Of a DNA stretch of 64,000 nucleotides, positions 39,263 through 51,662 are shown in pieces. The DNA is from Camelus ferus (lineage: Eukaryota). The notes beneath the pieces are model-generated. The model saw only the letters and a program-made list of their open reading frames with translations, did not search any database and was not told where the DNA came from. The stretch covers positions 59,832,001 through 59,896,000 of the forward strand of contig NC_045696.1 in NCBI RefSeq assembly GCF_009834535.1, written 5' to 3'. Position 1 is the stretch's first letter; each line of letters starts with the position of its first letter. The position numbers were made by a program, and so were the translations under genes.

Positions 39263-42200
39263 CCATCTCGCAGGCCCCGAGGTTTCACATGGAAGTGCAG
39301 TGTGAGCCAAAGCAAGACTGAATGTGTCTGTAAATAATTCTGTTCATTATTTCACTCTACATGGTTCTCTGGATTGAGAGGTGTACCTCTTATACCTTGT
39401 CAGTGGTTATTCAGGGTCTGAGAGGCACTAAGATCGCCCCAAATCTAGGGACTTTCCAGAAGGTCATTCAGATGGGATACAGATGCTGAGTCACAGAAAG
39501 TATTCAAAAGCAAGGCAAAGGTAACAGGAACAGTAGCTGTTATGAAATTCTAATTGTGAGTTCCAAAATGAGAGGTTAACTGGACAAAACTTAAACTGAC
39601 TGTCATGAGTATAAAAGATTTCTGCCTTTGCTGAAATTTTAAGAAAAAATTCTATTTAACAGAGATGTCATGTATGTCAATTATTCTGGTGTAGATTACT
39701 TAGATATAGTTTCTTAATAGGATACATATACACATACGGTAAAATATATTCCATTCCGTTTTCAGAGTTTTATAATATAGAGATATATATGAAATCAATC
39801 ATAAGTAACTTTGAGTGCTCCAGTTAAGACAATAACTTATTTACCGAAGCATTATATTGTTTTGACGAAGCACAATTAGATGACAGGTTTTTTAGAGCAT
39901 TTTTAAATCTTGTATAGAATTCTTTTACTAGAACCTGTGCATTAAGAGAAAGCAATGTTACCCTTTTGCAATCTGTGAACGAGAAGATTTTTCTCTCAGT
40001 CACAGGTATTTGACTCACATAGGTTCTGTTTATGAAATGCTACCCCCAGATTCACTGGCAGCTCAGAGTTCATCTGGCAGGAAAGCCTGCTAAGAAATGA
40101 GTCCAAATACAGTAAGAGTTGTGGGGCTATTTTTATGTCTACTCTTGGTTTGAAATAGATAATGAATAAAACAGGTTCATACAAAAGTGCAAATAGAAAC
40201 CTTTCCTATAATGCCTGTGAACAACGTAAAAAACCACACTTTCTGACGTCTTCTGCAGCTGCACAGCGCAGTCCTCAGAAAGCTGGCCTGCTTTATTTCT
40301 AACCCTTTGTGGAAGCAAAGGGGTGCTTACCAAAAGGAGGCAGCCATATAGGTCTTCTAAAGGCCTGGTCCCAAGTCCTTTTTGAAGCCATGGAATAATA
40401 TCTGATACATCACCCTATCAGAGCATTGCGTTTTAATTGCAATCGCAAATCCTATCACCGTTCAGCCGCCAGTGTTTCCCTGGACTAAAAGGACTACTTG
40501 CACTTTGAGGCCAACGCTGCTTTCCGGTGTATATTCTCCGTACAAGATGATTATGAATTGCCCATTTTTTCCACTGGTGGAAAAAAAATTTACACCTGGG
40601 CATTCCATGGTTTCTTTCTTTTTGCTTTTTGGGAAGGAGTTTTTGTTTTTGTGTTTGTACATGATCCACCATTTGTTTCCTAGGATGTGTTTTAAAAATT
40701 GTTGTTATGCAAATGATATTTAAAAAATGTAACTCAAGTGTTCGTCCCAATCAGGTTTAATGGCATTGCCTCTCTCCTATACTAGGACTGAGAAAATTAA
40801 AATCACGCAGCACAGAAGTGCAAGGAGAGAGTTTACGAAGGATAAATAGAACTACAAACCTATCTAAATGAGAAAGAATGATGGAAACGAAGCCTGAACC
40901 TTAAAAACACTCCCGCAGTGGAAATGTAGAACTAAAAATATTCATCATTCTTTTCCATTGGTTTCAAAGTCAACTTCCTCATCTACCCTCCACCTCATCC
41001 CATCCAAGATTATAGATTAATAAAATAGTAGAAAGTACAAGCAATAAGACTAGATAGCACTTATGTATTTTCAGGATTAACCAAATACATGGAAACTGAC
41101 TCCGACTGTATTTGTTTCCTCGCTTTCGAATGGTCCTGGGTCACCAACTCTCCCTTCCTCAGACCTTTCTCTTGACTAACCTTCACAGTCTTCATGTATA
41201 TACAAATACTATGTGATACGGTATTTTGAAATTTAAAATTATTTACTGAAAAGTCTTTTAGTAAACATGTCTTCATGATAAGATGGAACATAAAAGAAGA
41301 AAGGCTGGTCCCTGGAGCTCATCATAGGATAGATCACAGGCACTGAGGATTCCAAGTATCTATGCAGGATGGCTTGGCAAGATCTGCTCTGTACACTGTG
41401 GACAATGACTAAAGGGCCCCCCGCTGAGTCACTGTGAGTTTTTATGACCCTGGAGGAGACAAGCTGAGTTTCTGCTGGAGAAGGACAGTGGTGTACAGAC
41501 TGCACAGGAGAGCACTGACGAAATCATGCTGTGGGGAGGGCAGTTAGGAGAATGTTAGAGCCAAAGCTTTTATAACAGCTTTTACATCAGAGTGGGAATG
41601 GTCCAGATGGGAGGCTGTGTGGAATCCTCCTCCCCAAGTACACATGCTGGGGAAGTGCGGAGACAGGAGAGGAGGGACAGAGGGATGAAAAGTAGTAGGA
41701 TTTTGTTCACTGGCGCCAACATACAATCATTAGAGTAGAATGAATTTAATAGAGGTCCCAAGAGAAAGGGTGTATATTTTATATAGCATGATAACTGAAG
41801 AAAACTAGTAGGGCGGCTCCCTGTCTGCAAAGCTCCTGGTCCCTCCCAGCAGGGATAGGATAGTGTTCCTGATTCGAGAATTCTCCATAGCAAGTTGGAA
41901 ATCACAAGGAATCCCAGAAGATGAGGAAAACATACTTTAGGTTGCTCTGTGGTCAACTGTGGAGAGGGCTGAAGGGTTAGGAACCACTTTCTTGTATCTA
42001 TTTTGGCAGAGGTATTTATGACTTTGTGGTAGAGAAGAGGGGAGAGGCAAGAAAATAGTCCACTTCTACCTAATTATCGTAGTTCTTGAAATCCAAATGT
42101 AACAAGGAATTAGTAAGAGTGAATTTCTAGTTAAAACGGGAAAAATAAATTTTAATTAAAGTTGCAAGCTTCTTACTTGGCTTATATTCGTTGCATCTGA

Positions 42201-45200
42201 TTTGGGGTTTTTTGTTTTGTTTTGTTTTGCGGGATGCAGAAAGAAGCAAAAGATCAGGGACCACAATAATTTTTTAAAGGTATAATAATTTATGGCATCT
42301 TTTACCATTGTTTCCAATTAGATTTATATCCACTTACAGCTGAATGTGAGAAAATTTTGAAGAAAAAAATTGTAATGTTGGAGGTGCCCTTCAGGTCTCT
42401 CACAGCCATAAACACTCTTGGGGGAGTAGAGAAAACAGAGGAGAAGCTGGCTTCACTGCTTTGTGGTTCACAAAGTCTTTATAAACAGTAGTGCCTTTCA
42501 GAGGGGAAGATGGGAGATAAAGAAGTTCATTGTATTTAGACTGACTGATATTACAGCATTTTTCCTTTATTTTAAAATATCTTTTAAATGAAACCATCTG
42601 AACATAGTGTGAGCCCAGGAATTCTTGAGTTTCAACCTCAGCTATTCCTGATTCGTCCTTTCTTACAGAAAGTCTTTGTTTTTTTCTGCCCCAAATGTGC
42701 CCATTGTTAAAATGGGAGTTGGGGGGAAGGAGAGAGGAATTAATCTCATATGAATGTTGGGAAAATACCTTAGTTGGGATGTCTAGAAAATACTTTAATT
42801 TTTTTTAAGTGCTATACACTGCCAGTGCTAAGGATTTTGTCAATAGTAACTTGGAACATTGCAGGATTTCAATATTCACATCTTTAGATACCATTGGCAA
42901 ACTCATGAGATTAAATTCTGTAAATTGATTTTCATTGGAAGTACTAGGTGCTCTTTGTCTGAATGTTATTTGGTCTTAGGCTGTAATTTTGATCACTTAA
43001 AAGCTTGTCTACAGAAAAAGGCTAGGAGGGGTGGTGAGGTCTTTGTCAGTAAACTGTTTTCTCCGGTATGTCTTACGGCAGAAGCGAAGAGCGAGATGCC
43101 CTCCAAAGCAACCATGGCTCTCTTCTCAAGTGCTGGCCTCTGGAAAAACTAACAGAGAAGAACCCAAACAGCCACTTTCCTTATGGGAGGGCAGATGTGA
43201 GAATAAAATAATTTCTGATATCACAACTCATATCTTCAGAGTCTCACAGGTATCAATTATAAGAGGCAAATGGAATGCGCAGGTGTAGAAATGAATTGGA
43301 CTGTTGGGTTTTGGAGGGAAAACCTTAGATCTTTTTTTTTTTTTTTTTTTGATAATTAAGTGTTTCAGGAGCAGCATATTTGCTTCCCCATATTCTCCGT
43401 GATTTAGTGCCCGTGAGTCAGTCATTCTTTTTTCTTGCCTATGTGGAAGAGCATGGAAATTTAGATTTGTGAGAATATGAGGGAGCAAATATGTTATAAA
43501 CTGGATGGTGGTTATTTCCGAGTATTCACCAAAACTTTGTCCCATGAATTTGATAGAGGAGGAATTTGATAGTAGGGCAAAAGTGGAACTCACCACTTCC
43601 TTTGGGGAATGCAGGCCTTATTTCTTTCTATCCTGGGTGGCATGTCTGTGGAGTCTGGGTTAGGCAAACATAGTATGTGAGCTTTTACTGGATTTATTTA
43701 CATTACAGTTTTTCTTAACTATTTAAAATCTAGGGATCACTTGGAAATGAATGATTAAACCCAGGGCAGGGTTAGGAAAGATAAGGTTTACACATACTCC
43801 ACTAATAAAAGAGGAGCTACCATGTTAATATCTGTTTTCTAAAAACTATAAGACTTTTAGTTGTCTCATTAATTCTAGGAGGTCAAAGGGGCTGAAATTT
43901 TCCATAGCATTAGATATTTTTCACAGAGAATATTATTCATGTGAGAAATCTATACCAAAACAGTAGAACACAGAAAGAATTTCCATGAAGGCATTTCTTC
44001 CTCGTTTTCAATATATGTAGAAGTTATAGAGGAAAGGGAAAAGCAATTATTCTAAGACAAATTTTCATCTTTAAGGGACATTTCTGGAAAGCCTGAAATG
44101 AATACTCATAGGCTATTGTGTTTCCTGTCAGCCTGTTTGCTGGGAGATTCTAAAATGTGGTCAGATTCAAATGATCGAGATTAATTGTTTATTCAGACAA
44201 CTGTTATTTTGGATGGTGAGGATAGCTGAGAAAAGGGAAGGTGGTAGAAAAGAGTGCAAAGAACAATTCTCAGAGCACCAATCCTGAGGCTTAACTTAAG
44301 CAAGCAAATTTGCTAGCCCAGGAATACGTAGTATAAGAGTTCCATCAGTGCCTGACTTCTATCAGGAAATGAATCCACATCCTGGAGTATTTATGGGGAC
44401 TGTTACTGGGATCTCAAAGACTGTGGTTATGAATTTGACGTTAACAGAACATACATCTTCTCTTACTAACTTAAGCCATATCTGTCATCTCTGTGTTTGA
44501 TTTTTTGACCCTGGTGCTTTTACTTCTGTTTCTGCCAAACTTCAGCCTACTCTATGGGGAAGGTGAGTAAAACGAGTAGTTAGGACAAATGTGAAGACTG
44601 TGAAAAAGCTAAACATATTCTTCAGAATGAGATCCTAGTCAGAGAACAGTAGTGATCAAAGTGCAAACTGTTGGAAAATATGGATATATGTACGTCTGTA
44701 CATGTATATAGTGTATAATATGTATGTATATGTTATTGCTCATATGCAGAAATCTATCCATTTGAAGACAGCCCAGAGGGTCAATTTTTCTATTAGAAAA
44801 CCATTTAAGGCCATTCAAAACCATTAGGGCTGATGGGCAGAGTTAGAGTCTACTCATTTGGGAATTATTTGCTATCTATTGACATCTGCAAAGCTAAATG
44901 AACAAAGCTTGAAACATAATGGGACCGTTATTAAGGTTATTCTGTCTATCTGGAGTCAGGAGAATCTTTATGTTTGAACTATTAATGGTTGGTTTGAAAA
45001 CTTCATTGGCACCTCTTGGTTTTGAGTGACTCCTCCCCACCAAGTATTTTGAGAGTTAGGGATGGGTTTCTCTGGCCATTCAGATAAAGGGCCTTATCCA
45101 AAAGTGGACAGGTTTCCCCATAGGGACCATTACACATATACATATAAGTACATACTTCCATCAGGCTTGTAACAATTGATTTAAAATCACTCCACAGTAT

Positions 45201-45600
45201 TGATAAATAGCTCTATATTTTCAAGGTGCAGAAGAATTCCACAGCCTTAATTATTTCAGTGTCTTGCTGGTCTGCCTTAAGTGTATCTTCTGGGTTTTTG
45301 GTTGTCTCATTCTTTTTAAATTTTTCTGCAGTTGTTCATTTTGTATGCACACAATGTCGTTTTGTAAAGGTAGGTTGTAAATATTTTATTTGTAAGTCAA
45401 AATCACTCATGTGTAATGTTGTAAAGTGATGACCTGCTGTCTTGTTATTATTACTACAGTAAATGTTGTAAGTTATGGATGAAACTTCAAAATGTACATC
45501 TCACAAGTTATGCATTCCTATAAATATACTATACTAAAGATATTCTTGCTGGTGATCTTTTGTTTTCTCATTAAAACTTCTGTTATAAAGAAAAGAGTAT
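39263..45600 (+). other. KALRN: Probable long KALRN 3' UTR with several candidate poly(A) signals
   Basis: AT-rich, few obvious interspersed repeats; AATAAA at 40165, 41019, 42144, 43202, 43804; ATTAAA at 45570 preceded by a TGTA cluster and followed by a T-rich tract. End position inferred. Confidence 0.6.
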
Positions 45601-45983
45601 TTTTTTTTTTTTTGCTCTTTCTCCAAATATATGAAAGCCTTTGACAAGGTGAAAATATTGCATTATTATTACAACACATTTTGCCCAGCACTTTGGAAAG
45701 AAAGCAAAAATTTGGAGCCTGGAGAAGTATTCTAGGCCATTTCTCTATGCAAAGATGCCAAATAAGTCTCAATGTGAGTTGTTAACTTCATTCTGTTGCT
45801 TTATTTGGCAGTTTTGTTAGAAAATTGGCAGGTCATTTGGGATGGATCCAGCATGTTTATGCATCATAGTGTGGACTCCAGGAATCTGGATTAGCCTATT
45901 CAAACATGATCAGGCTCTGAAAGAGTGTGTGTGCCACTCAAGGGCAAATGAAACTGATTCATAGAACACTGTCAATTAGCTAC

Positions 45984-46427
45984 TGTGTGAAAATTATTAA
46001 ATGAAAACTTCATTTAAATTGGAGTGAGAAAGCCTTGAAGGAGGAGCTCTCAGGTACACACCAGCACATACCACCCTATGCTATTTATTTTACATTCCTG
46101 GGAAGGATAGAGGCTTATTTTACTACCCCAACATGAGGAGGGAAGATTTTCTCCTTGCCCACCAATGCTTCCAGTGAAAAGTGACCAAGACTCAGCCAAT
46201 AAGAAACTGTTACCTCGAACTTTTCATTTACTCCAATAGACTTTCCTTCAAAGCAGTCGCTCCCAAATTCCCCTGTTTCTCTATCAAGTAACATTCCTCT
46301 CCTTTGTTTTCCAGGCTTGTCTATGTTCACCCTAGTTTGCATGTCCCAAATGCAATTCCTCTGCCATTCCCAAATAAAATTCATTTTGCTGGTAAAATAA
46401 CTGGCCATTTTATTTTTAAAGTTGACA
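45984..46427 (+). mobile_element. Solo ERV1-type LTR (MER34/MER39-like) between the KALRN 3' end and the UMPS promoter
   Basis: TG...gttgaCA termini; CCAAT ~46196; AATAAA 46373; family from memory, left boundary approximate. Confidence 0.55.
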
Positions 46428-47169
46428 AGTGTTAGGGATTGAACTATTCTGATTAGCTTATTTTGCAAATAAGAACATAAATGTTTTAATATTTGGTTTC
46501 TATTTCATCAAGATTTTATGCATTTATTTGAAATGAGAACTGTCAAAAGCATGGGTTCCTTCACACTGACTGGTCATCATAGTGTCTTCAGAGAAAATAC
46601 AGACATACATAAAGAACACAGAAACATAGAAATGAAATCAGAATCAATTATTACCCTTAAAATATTGCCTTCTACACATAATGGGAACTTCCACTACTTT
46701 AAGGGATTTATTTGTAAATACCAAATACGATTAGATTTTCAGATTGACTGGGAAGATTATCCTCCTAGATAACCTTGATACTAATCAATTTATCTTCCTC
46801 TACTCTCTTCCCTCTCTTCCTCATCTGCTGTATACTTATTATGAGCCAAGCACTTGAGCTACTCTAATGGGAATAAATACGTTCTCCTCTAGAGGCACAG
46901 GGCAGACAGAAGTAAGAAACAACTACCTGCTAAGTGCTTTATAGTCGCATGTGCAAACTGCTATGACACTGACGTTTGCCAAATAAAAGAATTGAGCAAA
47001 GGCCCCGTCTTCCAGAACTTACACTCTATTTGGAAAAAGGGGAGGGCAGGGGGAGTCGTGTCTAATAAGAGGCAAATAACATGCTCGCCCAAGAAGAGCA
47101 TCAAAAGAACACCGAACTATAAAAAGTGCAGGATTTATAACAACTCCCTTGAGAGTCTTGATTTTATGA

Positions 47170-47830
47170 TCCCGGAGCCAATCTAATTATACGGGGCTTC
47201 AAAATCCAGCGATCTCCCCTAAATGCAGCACCGAGGTGAGGTTCGCTACCGCCACCCGGGACCCAACCTGAAACCCTCCACCCTCGCTGCTTGGGACCCG
47301 GAGCGGCGCGAATTGCGCCGGCGCAGCTGTCAGAAAAGGGGCGGAAGAGGCGGGACTTTTGATGTGACGTCATCGGACGGCGCAGGCCAGCCGCACTTTG
47401 GAGTTTGGAGAGAACCGTGAGCGTCGGAGCATGGCGGCCGCTGAAGCAGCTTTAACGTCGTTGGTAACGGGCCTTTACGATGTGCAGGCTTTCAAGTTTG
47501 GGAACTTCGTGCTGAAGAGCGGGCTCTCTTCCCCGGTCTACATCGACCTGCGGGGAATTGTGTCTCGACCGCGTCTTCTTAGTCAGGTGCCAGCCCGGGA
47601 AAGGGAAGAAGAGGTTGGGTGGCCGGAATGGGGAGCGGGAGTTGGAGGTGCCAGGAGTTGGGCTGTGGGTGAGAGCAAAAGAGCAAAGGAGGCGGGTGGG
47701 CCTGGGGTACTCGGTTTGCGAAGCCCGGAGACCGGGAACTGTTAGGCTCTTGAGGACCTAGAGGGCAGCCTGCCCTTTGACTTGCCTCCTTTGACACGTG
47801 CCTTGCAAAAGCTGAGAAACCGGGCTCGGG
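47170..47830 (+). promoter_or_regulatory. UMPS: CpG-island promoter and first exon region of UMPS
   Basis: Dense CpG; CCAAT 47178, E2F-like GGCGCGAA 47305, GC box GGGGCGG 47338, ETS CGGAAG 47342, full CRE TGACGTCA 47365-47372. Confidence 0.85.
47431..47586 (+). CDS. UMPS: UMPS coding exon 1, orotate phosphoribosyltransferase N-terminus ([52 protein letters not shown])
   Basis: Strong Kozak agcATGG; OPRT motif FG.F.LKSG..SP.YIDLR; donor GTGCCA at 47587. Confidence 0.96.
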
Positions 47831-48189
47831 GCTTTGGCTTGCACAGGAAGTGGTTGAAGGAGTTCCGCATATTTAACCTCGAGAAAATTAGACCTGGGGA
47901 AGAAAGAGAAAGGTGGGTGAGGTGAGATTTAGAAGCTGCTCAAATACGCGAAAGGGCTATTGCTTGGAAAGGGGGATTTGATTTTGTGCTGTGTGGCCGG
48001 GAGCAAAAATTAAGGCCAGAAGGTGAGTATTTCATGGAGACTTCTTCCGATAAATAAAAGAAAAAAACTACAAATTGGAGGTTTTTGGCATAGTGCTTCT
48101 CAGACTTTATGAAAGCCAGATGGTGGGCATTTCTTGGCGACTTTTTGGTGAATAAAAGAAAGAACTTTTCTACAAATTAGAGGTTTCTA

Positions 48190-48445
48190 GCATAGTGCTT
48201 CTCAGACTGAGTATGTATGAATTACCTGGAGTTTTGTTAAAATGCGTAATCTGAGTAGATGTGAGGCAGGGTCTTTTTAACAAGCTGCCAGCCAAAACTG
48301 CAGAGACCACACAGTAAGTAGGAGGGTCTAAATGTGCTGTCTTGTAATAGAGTTGCTACTAGCCGCATGTGAATATTGAGCATTATGAGTTTTTAAATTT
48401 AAAGTCATATGTGACTATGGCTACCTTATTGGACAGTGCAGATAT
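48190..48445. mobile_element. Degraded hAT-type DNA transposon fragments (MER5-like then MER3/MER33-like)
   Basis: tagtgcttctcagact...ttgttaaaatgc; ctagccgcatgtg...gctaccttattggacagtgcag. Confidence 0.45.
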
Positions 48446-48730
48446 AGAGCATTTCCATTATCACAGAAGTTCTATCTAGAAGACATATGTAAATTTTCTC
48501 CACCACTAAAGGTTTTTGTTTCGTTCACCTTTTGCGAACCCCACTGTGTGAGGTTATTAAGAAAAGGACTGAAGCACTAGTTGAAGGGGATTAAGCTATT
48601 CTCACCATCCAAAATCTTGCTTTGGTGCACCTCATCAGTGCTGAGAAAGTGAATGACTAGGGAATCTTCCACTGAAAAATTGGTTTATTTTTTGAAGAAG
48701 TGATGAGTTGACAGATGACTAAAAATTATT

Positions 48731-48871
48731 ATTTTATTTTTATTTTTTGATTTAAAAAAATTTAGGGGAGTAATTAGGTTTATTTATTTATTTAATGGAG
48801 GTACTGGGGGTTGAACCCAGGACCTCGGGCATACTAAGCGTGCACTTTACCACTGAGCTATACCTTACCCT
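48731..48871 (-). mobile_element. tRNA-derived SINE (camelid Vic-1-like)
   Basis: Minus-strand A box tagctcagtgg and B box ggttcaacccc; AT-rich tail; TSD ctaaaaattatt at 48719 and 48872. Confidence 0.88.
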
Positions 48872-48905
48872 CTAAAAATTATTTTGTGATTCTAGATCTT
48901 AGGGG

Positions 48906-48932
<27 letters not shown>
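48906..48932. repeat. (TG)n microsatellite
   Basis: Seen directly. Confidence 0.9.
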
Positions 48933-48936
<4 letters not shown>

Positions 48937-50619
48937 TCTGTGTGTGATTTTTGGTAGTTAATTTGGAAGGAGTTAAAAACACCAAGAGACCTGGCTATAA
49001 CAGAACTCCTTCCATATCTTCTTACTTCAGCAAATAGGGTTTCTTAATACTTGCACCCCCAAAAAAGCAACAGAATTTATACCAAACTCTTAACCTCCTA
49101 GCAGTAATAGTCGTTGCAGTAGATACATAAATTAATTGCTAGGGTGAGGTACCATTCATCTCTCTAAGAAGTACATTTCCAAAAGAATCTGATTTTTGAT
49201 TCTGTCAAAATTTGTAGATTATGTTTTAATTAATTTTATACTCATAACAATTATAATGGTAACAGAATTTTTAACACTTAGAGACTTAGATCATGGAAAA
49301 CTTTTTAATTTACAATTTTAAAGTTCAGTTTACATGCCTTTTTGTTGTGGAGAAGTATCAGAATGATCCGTAAAAGTTTTTCCAGCATTAAATATATATT
49401 ATATTAGGATAAAATTCTGTGGAAACAATGGGATGAAAATATGAGTTCCAAAAAATGTAAATTTTTACAACTTTGATAGTACAACATTTTTGTGTGTTTT
49501 TTTTTTTTTATTTTAATGGAGACGTTGAGTATCAATCAAATCAGTATAGCATTTGGATTCCATTGTATTCACTTAAAAGAGTCAAGTAGCAGTTTTAGGA
49601 TAATATGTTAATTTTTTCACTAGTCTAGAAATTACATCTTTTGTAGCTTAAAAATACTCATAAGTTTTTCAACTCTTTAGAAGTACAGGAGCAAAATATT
49701 TTAAAGACCTCTGATTTAGTTCACTAAGCAACTCTTTGCTTTTCTTTCATTTTGAAATAAGATGGTGTTGGGTGGGAGTATCCATTATAGAATTAAAATG
49801 TGATGGTTTATGTGGAAATGATATTATAAACCAGTACTTCCTACAATAGGCTCTGCATGAGAACTTAATGAAAAACACTTTGGTGTATATTCTTCCTTTT
49901 TAAAAACTGACATACAGCATTATATTAGTTTCAGGTGTACAACAAAATGACTCAATATTTGTATATACTGTGTAATGATCAGCATAGTAGATCTAGTTAA
50001 CATACCTCTGTTCATAGTACAAATTTTTACTTGTGATGAGAACTTTCAAGATCTCTCTGCAACTTTCAAATACACAAAACTATTATTAACTATAGTCACC
50101 TTGCTGTGTATTCCATACCCATGACTTTTTAATTTTATCACTGGAAGTTTGTACCTTTTGACTGTCTTCACCCATTTTGTCCACCTGTATTTGTTCTCTT
50201 TCTCTGTGTGCTTCTTTTTGTTTGTATGTTAGTTTGTTTTTATGAGATTCCACATATAAGTGAGATTATGCAGTATTTATCTCCATCTGACTTATTTCAG
50301 TTAGTGTAATGCTCTCAAAGTCCATCTGTGTTGCACAAAAGGCAAGGTTTCATTCTTTATCATGGCTGAATAATACTCCATTTGTGTATATGTGTGTGTG
50401 TGTACTGAATTTTTTTTTTAATCCATTTGTTCTTCAGTGGACACAGGTTGTTTCCATATCTTAGCTATTGTAAATAATGCTGCAGTGAACATGGGAGTGC
50501 AGATATCCTTTCAAGATAGTTTTTGTTTTCTTTGGATAAATATCCAGAAGTGAAATTGCTATATCATGTGGGAGTTCTGTTTTTAATTGAGTAACCGCCA
50601 TACTATTAAGATTCCTGCC

Positions 50620-50743
50620 GAGGGGAAGGTATAGCTCAAGTGGTAGAGTGCATGCTTAGCATGCACAAGGTCCTGAGTTCAATCCCCAGTACCTCTTCCA
50701 AAAAATAAATAACTAAACCTAATTACCTTCCCTCCAAAAAAAC
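50620..50743 (+). mobile_element. tRNA-derived SINE (Vic-1-like) nested in L1
   Basis: ggtatagctcaagtggtagagtgcatgcttagc...gagttcaatcccc; TSD agattcct(g/a)cc at 50609 and 50744. Confidence 0.88.
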
Positions 50744-51509
50744 AGATTCCTACCACCACTGTACAAGGATTCCCTTTTATTCACATCCTCACCAACACTT
50801 CTTATTTCTTATTCTTTTGATAATAGTCATTCCAACAGGTGTGAGGTGATACCTCATTGTGGTTTTGATTTTCATTTCCCTGAAGACCTGGTGATACTGA
50901 GCATCTTTTCATATACTTTTCAGTCATTTGTACAAATTCTGAGGAAAAACGTCTATTCAGATCCTCTACCCATTTTTCAATCAGATTGCTTTTTGTTATT
51001 GAGCTGTATGAATTCTTTATGTATTTTTGGATACTAGCCCCTTATCAGATGTATGATTTGCAAGTATCTTCTGCAGTTCAGAAGATTGCCTTTTTTGTTG
51101 ATGGTTTCCTTTGCTGTGTGGGAACTTCTAAGTTTCATGTAGTCCCATTTGTTTAGTTTTGCTTTTGTTGCCATTGCCTTTGAAGTCAGATCCAAAGAAA
51201 TATCACCCAAGAGTGATGTCAAGGAGCTTACTACCTATGTTTTATTCTAGGAGTTTTATTTCATTTTTGTGTGTATGTGGTGTAAGATAGTGGTCCAGTT
51301 TTACCAACACTATAGAAGAGACTGTCCTTTCCCATTATCTATTCTTGGCTCCTTTGTCATAAACTAATTGAACATATGTACTTGGGCTTATTTTTAGACT
51401 CTATTCTGTTCCAGTGATCTGTTTGTCTATTTTTTTATGTCAGAGTCATACTGTTTTGATTATTGTGGCTTTGTAATATAGTTTGAAATCAGTGTGGTGC
51501 CTCTAGCTT

Positions 51510-51662
51510 AAAAAATTTATTTTTATTTTTATTTTTAATTTTTTGGGGTGGAGAGTTAATTAGGCTTATTCATTTATTTATTTTAATGGAGGGAGTTGGG
51601 ATTGAACCCAAGGCCTTGTGGATGCTAAGCGTGCATTCTGCCACTGAGCTATACCCTCCCCA
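51510..51662 (-). mobile_element. tRNA-derived SINE (Vic-1-like) nested in L1
   Basis: Minus-strand A/B boxes; TSD cctc(t/c)agctt at 51500 and 51663. Confidence 0.88.

Noticed and set aside
38795..39310. Antisense ORFs over the KALRN last exon
   Set aside because: Expected shadow ORFs of GC-rich coding sequence
47398..47430. In-frame TTG upstream extension of UMPS
   Set aside because: ATG 47431 has a strong Kozak context and gives the expected N-terminus; no support for TTG use
50620..50743. tRNA-like sequences with A and B boxes (also 48731, 51510, 63012)
   Set aside because: A-rich tails, TSDs at three of four copies and mutual divergence mark them as SINEs, not tRNA genes
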